64,000 nucleotides of DNA. Origin: Antechinus flavipes (Eukaryota). The position numbers and the translations under genes are program-made. This document shows, in pieces, positions 51,641 through 64,000 of this stretch. How positions within the stretch are numbered: the stretch's first letter is position 1; every line of letters starts with the position of its first letter. The DNA lies in the NCBI RefSeq assembly GCF_016432865.1, contig NC_067400.1, positions 85,994,001 to 86,058,000 on the forward strand, in the 5' to 3' direction. A model generated the notes under the pieces. The model saw nothing but the letters and a program-made list of their open reading frames with translations. It was not told the DNA's origin and made no database searches.

Positions 51641-52639
51641 AAGGACATGTAAAATTCTTTTTTGAAAAACCCGGTATTTTACAATGGGAAGTCAGAGTCC
51701 TGAATTTTCAGCTGTAGTATTTAAGGGGTCTGTCCTGACAGCTCCACTTCGTGTTCCAATTGGAAGTTGCTCGTGTTGAGGGACTTCAGTTCTTTTGCTA
51801 TGTCTGGTTTCATGTTGTCTTATGCAGTGGTTCTATTCATCAGACTGTGGTGATAACTGTTTAACCAAGTTCAAGTGCTGTGTGATCCTGGGCAAGTCAC
51901 ACATCCTGTTTGCCTCAGTTTGGGGATAACCATTTTAGTACCTACCTCCAGGGTTGTTAAGTCAAATGAGATAAGTGTAAAAGGCTTAGCACAGTACCTG
52001 GCACTTAGGAGATATTATTTAAATGTTTGTTGTCATTTTTGTTATTAGTTATTACTTTAAGATTTGCAGAATACTTTCACGGTAATAGTAATAGCTAACA
52101 TTTACTTAGCACTTTAAGGTTTACCACATGCCTTAACAAAAATAACAAATGGCTCACATTTACATGACATTTTGCTGTTTATAAAGCACTTTGTAAATAT
52201 TTGGTCCTCCCAACCACCTTGAGAGGTAGGTACTATTCTTATCCTCATTTTATAGTTGAGGAAACTAAGGCAGACAAAGTGACTTGGCTGAAGTTTGTAC
52301 AGCTAATGAGTGTTTGAGACTGGGTATCACTGGGTGAACTCAAGCCTTTCTGACTCCAGATCCAGTGTTCCTCTGCACCATCTTAACTGCCTCTGAAGTG
52401 ACTATAAATAACTTTTTTCTAGGAGTTTGATTCTGAATTCTAGAAGAGGTGAGTAGGATTGGGAAGCGGCAAGTAGAAAGAGCATTGTACTAGATTTGGA
52501 GCCTGAGTTCAAATCTCTACTGTTTTATAAGCCATGAGAATCCTTGGACAATTAGTCTGGGCTGTATAGTTCCTTATCTGTAAAATAAGGGGATTGAACT
52601 AGAATGAATCCAAGGTACCTTCCCAAACTAAATCTGTGA

Positions 52640-52950
52640 TCATATAATCTTACAAAAATCCATGAATTAGATGAAGGCATAGATCATATGTTCATCAAAT
52701 TTGTAGATTACTCAAAACTGTGAAAGATAGCTAATATACCAGGTAGTAGAATTAATCCAGAGAATGGGATGAATTTAACAAATAAGATGGAATTCAGTAG
52801 GAAGAAATGTAACATTTTGTTAAAAAAATATAAAACATACAAAATGAGAGAATAATAATTAGATAGTTCTGGGGGAAAAAAAAAAACATCTGAGGGTTTT
52901 AATGTACTGTAGATGAAAAGGTCAGCAGTGTGAAGCACCAACCAAAAATT
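52640..52950 (+). mobile_element. L3/CR1 ORF2 fragment
   Basis: atgttcatcaaatttgtagattactcaaaactg translates as MFIKFVDYSKL, versus the CR1 motif IKFADDTKL. Confidence 0.65.
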
Positions 52951-52959
52951 GAGAAGGAC

Positions 52960-53965
52960 AAGAATCTATCAGTACCAGATCTCAAATTTTACTAAAAAGA
53001 AGTAAACATTTGGTAATGGTTTAAAAAAAAAAACCACACCATTAGTGGAATAAATTAGATATACAATATACAGATGCAAACAAACATTTAAACAATGTAT
53101 ATACAATAATATAATTTGCGTTTTTTGATAAACCATAAGTAGTATGGGAAGGTTCCAATATTTGACAAAAAGCTCCTGGAAAACTGGATGGCAGTCTGGC
53201 CAAAAACACCTTATGCCATAGACTAAGATAAGCTCCAAATGTGTATATGAACTAGTCATAAAAATTCACATAATAAACAAGTAGGAGGAGCAAAGAGGAA
53301 AACCTCTTAGATTTACAGATGGGAAAGAGTTCCTGACTAAACAAATAATGGAAAGCTTCACATGATAAAAAGAAAAATTTTGATAATATGAAATTTTAAA
53401 ATTTTTTTACACACAAAACTAATGGAAACAGATAACTGGAAAAAATGTTTTTCAGTACATTTTAAAATAAAAGTCATATCTAAGATATACAAGATAAATC
53501 TCATTCAGATTTATAAGCCATTCTCCAATACATAAATGGTTAAAAGATGTCATCCATAGTTTTCAAAATAAGAAATCCAGGTAATCAACAATCATGTAAA
53601 AATACCCTGAATCACTAATAATAAGATAAATACAATTGAATGTACTTTAAATTCCACCTCGTGCTTATCAAAGATGATAAAATGAAGAAATGGACAAATG
53701 TTGGAAGAGCTATGAGAAAACAAGTACATTAGTGCATGGTTAATGGAACGGTGAGTTTGTCTAGTGATTTTGGGAAGCAATTTGTAACTATTCTGAAAAA
53801 GTCACTACATTGTACATATTCTAACTCAATTATGTCACTTCAGCGTCTACACCCCAAAGAAATCAAGGAAAGAAGAAAAAGATATATCCATTCGTATCCA
53901 TCTGTATATGTATGTATGTGTGTGTATGTATAAATACACACACATGCATATACAAAATCATAGCA
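52960..53965 (+). mobile_element. L1 ORF2 3' fragment (decayed)
   Basis: accagatctcaaat...tttgacaaaaagctcctggaaaactgg...aagataagctccaaatg...aatcactaataataagataaatacaaatt...ccccaaagaaatcaaggaaag. It resumes at about 54700-55400. Confidence 0.85.
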
Positions 53966-54059
53966 GCTCCTTTTAAAAAAAAATTAATTTAGCATTTCAT
54001 TTTTCCCCAGTTATATGTAAAAACTATTTTCAATATTCATTTTAAAAATTGAGTTCCAG

Positions 54060-54690
54060 AGTCAAATTTATTTTTAAAAATTCCCCAAGAGATAAATGAT
54101 CAAAAGGCTATAAAATCATGCATATCCTTTGACCTAGCATACTACTACTAAGCATGAATCCAGAAGATTTTTTTGAAAAAGGAAAAGGACCTATATCTAC
54201 AAAAATAATTGATAGCAGCTCTTTTCTCAGGGCAAAGAATTGGAAATTGAGGGGATGCCCATCAATTGGGAAATGGTTGAATAAATTGTGGTATGTGACT
54301 TTGATGGAATATTGTTATTCTGTGGGAAGTGAAGAGCAAGATGCTTTCAGAAAAACCTGGAAAGTCATCCATGAACTCAAGCAAAGTCAAATGTTGGTGT
54401 ACAAATAGCAGTGTTATAGGATAATCAACTCTGAATGACTTTGCAATTCTCAACAGTACAGTGATTCAGGTACTCTGAAGGACTTATGATGAAAAATGCT
54501 ATCCAAATCCCAAAGAAAGAACTGATTGTGTCAGCATACAGATTGAAACATACTTTTCTTTCTAACTTTATTTTTCTTTAGGGGGATGGATGAGAGGAGA
54601 ACTACGTTTTCTTTTGCAACATTACTTTTATGGAATGTTTTGCATAATTGTCATGCTGTAAAAGAAAACAAACCAAAATAAAAACCAAAG
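54060..54690 (+). mobile_element. Second L1 3' fragment nested in the older L1
   Basis: atcctttgacctagca...gcaaagaattggaaattgaggggatgcccatcaattgggaaatggttgaataaattgtgg...gaaaaatgctatcca. Confidence 0.85.
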
Positions 54691-54856
54691 ACAAAGTTTA
54701 AAAAAGTATATATATCAGCTCATTTCATGGTAACCAAAAATTGGAAACTATTGGGGAACAAATTGTATTGGATAAATAAATAATGAAATATAAATGTAAT
54801 AGAATATTAGTATGTCATAAGAAACGATAAAATAGATAATTTAAGAAACTGGAAAG

Positions 54857-55196
54857 TGTAACGACTGCACTAGCGCCCAGGACACCCCAGAATAAGCCGG
54901 AGTCAGGATAAGCAAAAGTCCTCAGTCTTTATTCTTGGTCTTAGACTCAGGATTGAACAGGATGGAAGCATATTCTCTCTAGTCTACTTGGCTGAGAGTA
55001 TCTCCCTGGCTCATTTTATTCCACCCCCTAGTCCCTCCTACAATCCTCTATACACCAATCATTGAGCCAATACAGATAGTGGAAAGGACCATTTTCCAAA
55101 CATGTGCCCATAGACTACTGTCCAATCAGTAGTTAGCCTCAAGCGCTCAGCAGTTCCGACCTCAGTGCACTAACCCAATAGTTTCAGCCCTCTACA
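54857..55196 (-). mobile_element. ERV solo LTR, 340 bp, with a perfect 6-bp TSD
   Basis: TGTA...TACA termini flanked by GGAAAG at 54851-54856 and 55197-55202. Minus-strand AATAAA at plus 54928-54933 (tttatt). A 6-bp TSD is typical of class II, betaretrovirus-like integrations. Confidence 0.88.
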
Positions 55197-58100
55197 GGAA
55201 AGATCTTTATAAATTGATGCAGGGTAAAGTGAAAAGAATGAGGATAACAACTTGATAGGGAAAAAAAAAACAACTTTGAAAGGCTTTAGAACTCATCAAT
55301 GCAATGATAAACTTGAAGTCCAAAAGAATGAAAATGAAACATGACATTCACCTCTTTCAGATTTTCTGACATAGTTAATGTGGGAATTTGTTTTCCTGGA
55401 CTTTCCACCTATGGATTGAGGGTGTTAGTATTTTTTTAATAGCTCTTTTAATTTGCTCAATAAGGGGATAAGAGGTAGCATGAGGAACTGATTAGTACAT
55501 ATTTTTAAAAAGAGACAACCAGAGGTGGTGTACTTTCTCCTTTCCATTTCTTTTCCCAAGTTACTAATTCATTTTTGCAAAAAAAAGCTAAGGGATGTTT
55601 ATATTATATTTTTTTCTCTGTATTGCCTTCTTTTTGGTTAACTCTATTAAAAGACTAGTGTGTTGCCTTTAGAAGATAGCAACAGCCAACTGAGAATCCT
55701 TTTAAAATTTTACTCAGCCTACATGACGGGATCCAGCATGAGACAATTGCCTGGCCCTGCCCCCTGACTTAACCTGAAATAGAGAAATACAGCATGACCC
55801 ATCTTTGATATTTTTTGAATTTAAAGTCAAAGGAGTCTCTGGCTCCTTTTTCTCTCCATTTCACCGTGGAAACTCTGCTCCTTATCTTGGGTGGCCTTGG
55901 GGAAGCAAGTCCCTTAGTGTCTCCTTACAAATGGATGGGAAGATACTAACTTAATTATCAGTCATTGTTTACAGAAGTTTACAGAAGAGTATTGTTAAGC
56001 ATTAGAGAAGAAAAATGGAAATAAATCTGTTCTTTGAATAAAGTTTTATAAAGCATAATTTTTTCATTTGGTGTTGCATTATTTTATCAGGAATGTCCTG
56101 AGATCATACTGATGGGAGAAAAGGGAAAAGTACTGACTGCAAGTCATCTGTCCTTTATAGGGCTGCAAGTTCCTTGCTCCTTATTTCCAGATTGGGGAAA
56201 GTTTTAAAAACTGCTTTCTGGATCATAGCTAAAAATACCAGGGCTCAAATTAGGTGAGAACTTAGCACTCACACTATTTTTGGTGACTTGAGGGAAATGG
56301 GACAAGGAAATATACCTTGTATTGTTTGGAGAGAGGATATTCTCTGGTATCGTTTTAGAAAGCAATGAACATAAACTATAAAATCCCTAAGAAGTGCTGT
56401 TTTTAAAAAAGAGGCAAGGAAAAAATGAGAAAATACTGAATTAAAACATAGCTGAGGATGACTAGCCAGGGTGTCATTTCCTTGATTCTTTTAGAAAGGA
56501 AAAATACTTCACTCTGTTAAATGTGGCAGATTGTATCATAACAGACTATTTCCCTAGGCTGCATTGTATTGAAGAGAAGGACTAGACAAAAACTCAGGGA
56601 AACACAGTGGGCTGAAGGAAGTGCTCAGGCTCATGAGAAACAGCTATGTAGTGAAACCAGATTTATTGAAAGAATCTGTAGACACAATTACTATTCAGCA
56701 GCCTTGTTCATTGGTGAATGCAGCTTCAGCAGGCTCTAAGCTGACAGCCCAGTCATATACCCCGGATTCCCAATTCTAGAGAGATGGCAAGCCCCACCAA
56801 TAAAACAAGGGGAGAGGGGAGCAACATCTTTGGAGATGTCTGTGATATATAGAGATATAAATTGATTTTATTAAAAAAATAATTTAAGATACACCGGTGA
56901 TAGTTTGGTTTCTCCATCCATGTTCTGAGTGGGAACAAAAGAGCTTTTAGACCCCAAAGGCTGAATGGAAAAATACTGGCAATTCCTTTGTGATATCCCT
57001 GGAACAGTCAAACAAATTACCTCAAGGGAAGGCAGGGGTTAGAAGGAATTTGTGACAGGAAAGATGTGACTTCTCTGGGAGTGGGCTGTTAGAATCAGCT
57101 AATCATTGGCAAATAGAAATTTAAGCCAAATTCATGCCCTATTATACAGTTGGTAACTAGAAATCCTATATTAGTCCTATAGTACAATGGTTGCCCTCTT
57201 TGCCCACATTCCATGTTCACCTTGACTTCTCTATCCTTGTTACTTAGTGCTTTTCTCCTCAGAGATGGCAGTGGAATTAGTGGAGCTCAGTTCCTGTTTT
57301 ACCTTGTAATACAATAAGGGGGCAGGATTTGCTATCATTTCCTCAGATGACAGAAAGAAACTTTTACATCCAGAAATTCTGTAATGGCAGAGTATCTGGT
57401 AAGATAGAAGATGGAGAGGGGATAGTGTCAGCAATAATCTTGATGTATCAAACATTTATGATCCATTAGAAACTTAGAATCCAATTTCTGTTGAATTTAA
57501 CTCTAGTCAAAGACAGTTATTTCCTTCAAAATTTTCCTACTTTTAGGAGAAAAAGGCAATTTTTTTTTTTTAAAGACAAATGTTAAGAGAAAAAAATCAG
57601 TATTTGGAATATATTCCAAAAAAAGGAACTTCCACAGGATGTCATACATCCTGCCCAATCTCTTCCACCTTGCTTATCTTTATCCCATATATCTTATTTA
57701 CACTGAGCTTGTCATCAGCTATTCAGATTACTACCCTTGACTCACTTGAAAATCCTGACATACCTCTCCCTCCACAATTCAAATGTCCCTATTTAGAATA
57801 GGATTGCAAACTCCAAAGTGCCATATAAATGTTAGCACTCACTGAGATCGGAAAGTGTGCAAATATTCTCCTGATACAGGGCTGGCAATAAACAAGTTTT
57901 TGCTTTCTGGTTCATTTAATTTTAGTAATAACCTTGTCAACGCTTCTCTACTAAACTCCTAAAGGCTTCATTCAGGACTTGGGCTTTTATTCTCATTGCT
58001 ATGTCTGTAATAGGCTACAGTATATTCCTAATGATGACTGGCATGCAAGAAGTAGTAGGACGTATAATGATCAGGGAAGTATCTGATCAGAGGAAACAGG

Positions 58101-59999
58101 CCGGTCATTCAGTGAGACTGAAGCTTAACAGTTGAACAGCCCAAGTGCTGCAATTGGTACCCAGGAAATGCTGAAAAGCTCAGAGGAGGATAGATCAACT
58201 CTGGAGGATGGATGGAAGAACATGACAGGAGTGGACAAGGTGAAAATGGATTAGAATCTGCCAATGGAAAGAGCCACCAAAATAGGGCCCAAGTGTTATT
58301 ATAATAATCATAATATAGATTTGGAGTTGAAAAAGAACGGAGAAGCTATCAAATGTAGTGAGGTGGGAACTTCTTTAAAACAAACAGAATTTTAACATGG
58401 TTCCTCCAATTCAAAGCTTAGGGCTTTTTCCAGTATACTGTGCTGCCTCTGTTATTATAAATAATGATTACAATATTAATGATATTACAATAGAGTGCTT
58501 TGAGATTTTAAAAGTGCTTGAAAGTTAAAACAGCTTGCCCAGAATGCCATAATTTCAGAACTATCAAGGCCTGGAATTGAACTCAAACTTCCTGATGCTA
58601 TTAAGTCCAATTCCCTTTCTAGTATGCATAAATAAAAAACGGTCAGGAAGACTGGCAGTATGTAAAGGACTGTGTCAGCTTTTGGGGCCAAAATTGAGAT
58701 TTCAAAAACATTTTAATATGTTTTCATCTTAAGGCCTTAATGTATATCTGTCAATCAACAATTATTTATTGTTTCATATATATGCCAAATGTGCAAATAA
58801 AGGAATAAACAATCTTTGCTCTTAAGAAGTTCACATTCTAATGGAGAATTCAATATGTAAACTATTATGAACATAAAAGTTGTATACAGGATACCTGGAA
58901 GGTAGTCTTGGAGGGAACATTAGCATTGAGGACCAATAATGACTGCCTGCAACAGTTGGTATTTTAGCTAAGATTTGAGTTAACCAGAAGGCAGAGACAA
59001 AGCAACAAATATTCTGATTCTGTCCATGCCCTCCCATACATCCTTAAAAACCAATATACTCAGATTTCTTCCTCCAAGTCTTTAGGTATTTCCTAGATAT
59101 CAATCCCAGTCTTTGGACTATGAACATTTGGGGTAGAGATGTTTTTAAGAAGTATGAGAAGACTGGAGAGGTAGGGAGGAGTTCAATTAGAAAGAACTTG
59201 TTTGTCAATTTACCAATTAGGAAGGATTGTGTATTTGATCCTCGAAGTAAAAGGGAGCCACATGAATTTATTGAGTAGAAGGATGGTATGGTCACACCTG
59301 TGCTTCAGGAAGATCATTTGGACAGCTGAGGAGTGGATGGATTGTAGTGGGGAGAGACCTGTGGCAGGAAGACCAACAGCAATTTCTTACCAGTGTATAT
59401 TATCATTATCACTGACTATATCACCATTGCTATGAAGGGCAATCCTCTTAATTTTGTTCAGTGTGCCCACACTAAACCACAAAGAGCTGCTCAGTGACTT
59501 GTAGAAGATTGCTTACATATGATTTCTTATCTTAGACTTTCTAATATAGTTGAGATAGGATATAACAAGTGAGTTAGGGAAGAACTGCCTGGACTTAAAG
59601 CACCTGTGAGAATGGGGATTTTGAGGGGACATGAATAATACACATTCACAGGTAATTTAAAAAGTAATTTAGTTCCAGTCTACTTCCATATCCAGTGTCT
59701 CACCCAAAGCCAGGATTCTCTGGACATATGAGGCATTTTTTTTTTTTACACCTTCTATATATTTTTTTAAAAATTATTAAGTGACCGTCCACTTTGGAAG
59801 TTTCTGTCATACCTTGCTTTTTAAAAAGTAGTATTTGTTTTTTTTTTTTTCCAATTACATGTGAAGATTTTTTTTTTTTTTTGCAAGGCAATTGGGATTA
59901 AGTGACTTTCCCATCTAGTAAATGTTTTCTGGGGCCAGATTTGTAATCAGGCCCTCCTGATTCCTGATTTCAGGGCCAATGTTCTATTCACTGTGACAA

Positions 60000-60180
60000 A
60001 GCTGTCTGAAATTTATAATTTTTTAATATTCTTTAACATTTTAACTTTAAAGAATTTAATTCTAAATTTAATTTGTTTAATAAATGAAAATAATTTCATT
60101 CTAAAATTTTAATTTTTAATATTTTTTACTTAATTTTAAATTTTAATTAAATATTTTAATATTTTTTTTTTTTCAATTCC
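60000..60180. repeat. AT-rich low-complexity tract
   Basis: Almost exclusively A/T. A similar tract lies at about 60985-61150. Confidence 0.85.
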
Positions 60181-63100
60181 AAATAATTTCCTTCCCTTAC
60201 TACTCATTCCTTAACATGGCAAGACTTTTGACAGGTTATGTATGTAAGCCCATTTTCAAGAAGCCAGGCTTTGGAGCTATTCATGTTGGGTGATAGTCAT
60301 AGACCACTCATGATTTCAGATTAAGAAGCATTCCCAATTCAACTCAATTCAATCCCACAGATATTTATTAACCATTTAATGTGCACCTGATGCTATACAA
60401 AACACTGACGATCCAAAGATGAAATATGGGTCCTTTTCTCCAGGAATCTACAATAACATAGGGCAGCAGGGAAAGAAAGGACAAGTGCAAATATGATTTA
60501 AAACAAACAAAAAAAAGAGGATGAGTAAGTGAACTTAGTGACATTAGGCAAAGGACAGGAGCACTTTGAGGAGAAAGAGACCACTTTTTCTTGGCAATTG
60601 AGGGATCAGGGAGAAAGGCATCTGAGCCAGCTATTGAAGGAGGAAAAAAAAACAGGAAAAAAGCCAGGGGTCATTCCATCCAGGCTTGGGAAGGACAGCA
60701 AGAGCATAACTATAGAAATGAAGAAGAGGAAGAGGAGAAGAAGGAAGGGAGAGCAGTGCCGTTTGTCTGGATGTAAAATACTTGGAAGAGGAATAGCATG
60801 AGGTCATCTCTGTCTCTCTGTCTCTGTTGCCCTACCTCTGCCTGTCTGTCTGTCTGTCTCTCTTTGTTGCCCTACTTTTGTCTGTTTGTCTCTTCCCCTC
60901 TATATCTTTTCTTTTATTAGGTTGTATAAATAAGGGGACAGGGAGATGAATGGAATTGGAAATGTGAAAAATCATAGGTGTTAGTACCATTATATAATAT
61001 ATATAATACAATATGTAACATATAAATTAGAAATATATATAATATGGATATATATAAAATATAAATTAGAAAGTTGTAAGTATAATGTGTTGATAATTTC
61101 AATGTGGACTATAATGGGAGACCATTATATTTATATATTATATATTGCATATATACTTTCTAAGCCCTTTCCCTAAATCCAAAACAGTTCTGACCTTGAG
61201 GTGCTAGATTGAAGTCAACACATCCCTTCAACATAATTTACCTTTGTTTCCTTTTCTTTTCTTTCTTTTCTTTCTTTCTTTTTTTTTTTTTTTTTTTAAT
61301 AATTTTGGCTTTAAGCAGCAGCCGTGGGGGAGAAGTCACCTCACTTACAGAGAGCTCCCAAGGGTGTTGCAGTCCTCCTGGGTTATTTGAAGTATAAATA
61401 ATCCAAGTAAACACTTGAGGAACACTGTCACCCCTCATTGCTTTAGCAAGCAGGCCCCACTAGAAATTGAATCCTGCAGTGAGCCCTGTAAATCCACTCC
61501 CCGTGGCTGGGTGACAGTGGTAGGTGGTACTATCCACAAAGCTTTAAAAAGAATGATGTCTATCAGTCTGTGCCTCCTTTAGACATGGCTCTGCTTGGGA
61601 CAGCCATTGTTTTAAATGTCCGCATAAAAAATGGATTCAGAGCCAAGTTTTGCTTGCAGAAATGGAAACCAGGTCCAAACCCTTGAATGACTGGCTGTTG
61701 CGAACTTGAATCGCACACCGAATCTCTTTGGCTAATATAGATGCCCTGTAAATACAATGTGTTTTCTTAAGGAGGAAGGAAAAAAAAAAGATCAAACAGT
61801 GAAGAAAATGGGATAGGTGCCCAGCATAGATTCAGCCTTAGACACATGGGAATTAATAGCTGTTCTTTGTGTCAACAAGGAGAAAGCTTTTTTTGTGCAG
61901 TGTTAAAGAAATGCAGCTCTCTTACTAGGCTGGCCAAACTTCAAAAATTCATGTTGTTTCCTCCCTCCAGGAACACGGTGTTCGTGCTGCTGGTTAAGGA
62001 ATGGAAGCTTCCACAAAAGATCTGCAGCAGGAAGGATTTGAGTTAGATATGAAGAACTGGGAAGAGTACCTACGTGCTAAAACTGGTTTTCCGAGGGGCT
62101 AGTAGTGGTACCATATTTCCTGGAGATCATTAAAAAAAGAACTTTAAGATCTGACCCAAGGGATTCAGTTTCTATGATTCCATAATTCTATGATTCTTTT
62201 ACTTAACATGACAAGAATTTTCTGCACTGTCAATGCTCCTTTCATAACTTGTTATGATTGTCTTTGGAAAGCTGAAAAACAAAAGCTAAAAGCAGGCGTT
62301 TTTGGAGGGTAAGCAGCCATGTTAATAGTATTAGCAAAACTTAGGTATTTTAAATTTTTGGATTGAGGTCTTTCTAGTAATAGCTAGTGTTTACACCAGT
62401 GCTTTAGGATTTGCAAAACACTTTATAAATATCTCATTTGATCCTAACAACAATTTTAAGTAGTAGTTGCTTTTATTATTATTATTCCATTTTGCAGATG
62501 GGAAACTGAGGCAAACAGAGATTAAGTGAATTGCCCAGGCTCCTAATTAGTGCTTAAAATGGAATTTGAACTCAGATCTTTGTGATTAAATACAGGTTCC
62601 ATACTCTGTCCACTTTGTCATCTAACTGTCCTGTCTGAGTAATAGACAAATAGACAAATGGAAAAACTTTTCTTAGCTTTGTGAATGGTTATAGGACTTT
62701 TATCATGATTTATAGCTTATAGCATACTCCAAGAAAAATGTTTTCTATGTTTTAAAAGCACAGAAAAATCTAAGAACGTCTAAATTTGGAGTCAAAGGAC
62801 TTATGTTTGAGTCTCATCCCCATCAAACTAAGTTTCATGAGTAGCTCTGAATTTGAAGAACTTACAGTTTTTCTGGACTTTGGTGAATTCATCTAGAAAA
62901 GCACTGAGTTATAATACTAGCTGTACTGAATTAATACTAGTTGTACTGAAAGGCAGTTCATTGACTAAAAGCCAACCTCACCATTGTTTTTTAAGTCTAA
63001 GGCAGGCAGAAAGCAGAAGTCTTTTTTGAACATTTTGTAGTGATCTCCCTAGTGGAGAGTGGAAGAATTCATCTAGAAAAGCACTGAGTTATAATATTAG

Positions 63101-64000
63101 TTATACTGAAAGGCAGTTCATTGACTGAAAGCCAACCTCATGGTCAGGGGAAAAAAAGATCTGGTGGTTCAAGATTTCCTTCTACTCCAAACGGGTTAAT
63201 TTTACAATAACCCAGAAGACATTTCAGACTAAGTGATAAAGAAGTGTAATTCTGTGCTGGGAGAGGGGATTCTCCTCATCAATGGGATCTTTGGTCCTAA
63301 ACAATAACAAACAAACAAACCAAAAAATACTAATCTTGCCTCTCTTGTGAGACTCATAAAATATGAACAATGATTTATGATCACAAGGTGCTTTGGAATT
63401 TCTGTGAATATGTTGTTCCTGAGGAGCCAGAAGAGGATGAGATCAAAGGCATATATTTGCCTTTGTAAGGAGTAGGGCCATGAAGGACTGGAAAAAGGAG
63501 GCAAGTATAGGGTATGATGTCAAAAGGATTTCAGATGAAGAGAATGATAGGTAAAGGGAAAAAAAATACATGCGTCTAATTGAGGACCACTGGTTTCATA
63601 GTGAAACTTTCTTCTGGGCTGAACATTGTCTTAATTTTAAGGCAGTCTGAAAATAGAAGTCCCTTTTAAACATTTTGAAGTGATTTTCCCTAGTGGAGAG
63701 TAGGAGTGGTGACAAATGTATGCCTTTCACCTGGTAACTAACCTTAAAGCAATTTGTAGTGCAGATGAGAGAATGCAATTATATCTGAAAAGGATAAAAA
63801 CCCTTAATGAGCAAAGTAAGAGAGGCAGTTTATTTTAGTTGATAGAAAGCAGTCTTCAGCATCAGAAAAGACTGGATTCAAGTCCCATCTCTGACACACA
63901 CTGGCTGTATGACCCTGCACAAATCATTTAATCTGTTAGAACTTTGGGCCATTCTGCAGAGGTTTAAGTTACAGAGCAGATACTGACTCACACTGCTACC

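Noticed and set aside
61300-61900. Repeat-free stretch with FOX-like GTAAACA/GTAAATA motifs, a possible distal enhancer
   Set aside because: Short motifs alone are not evidence, and conservation cannot be assessed here.

Overview
Mammalian genomic DNA, very probably from a marsupial: the repeats resemble WSINE1/Mar1-type CORE-SINEs and marsupial L1 3' ends. The window holds the complete 10-exon NUFIP1 gene on the + strand (ATG 5979, stop 46577-46579). Its spliced CDS is 1443 nt (480 aa), all introns are GT-AG and the phases are consistent. It sits head-to-head with GPALPP1 on the - strand (exon 1 at 5587-5671; exon 2 at 108-1, running off the window). The two start codons are 307 bp apart in a CpG-island bidirectional promoter. 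The rest is intron or intergenic DNA rich in SINE, L1, L2, L3/CR1, hAT-type and LTR relics, with one 155-N assembly gap. No RNA gene was recognised. I found no convincing new biological system. The best leads are the apparent loss of the N-terminal LIR core of NUFIP1, a Trp/Lys micro-repeat in exon 7, and several unexplained antisense coding-like islands in NUFIP1 introns, one with weak ERV pol-like motif spacing. Comparisons to human proteins and repeat consensus sequences are from memory, not from searches. Repeat boundaries are approximate unless a target-site duplication (TSD) is given.
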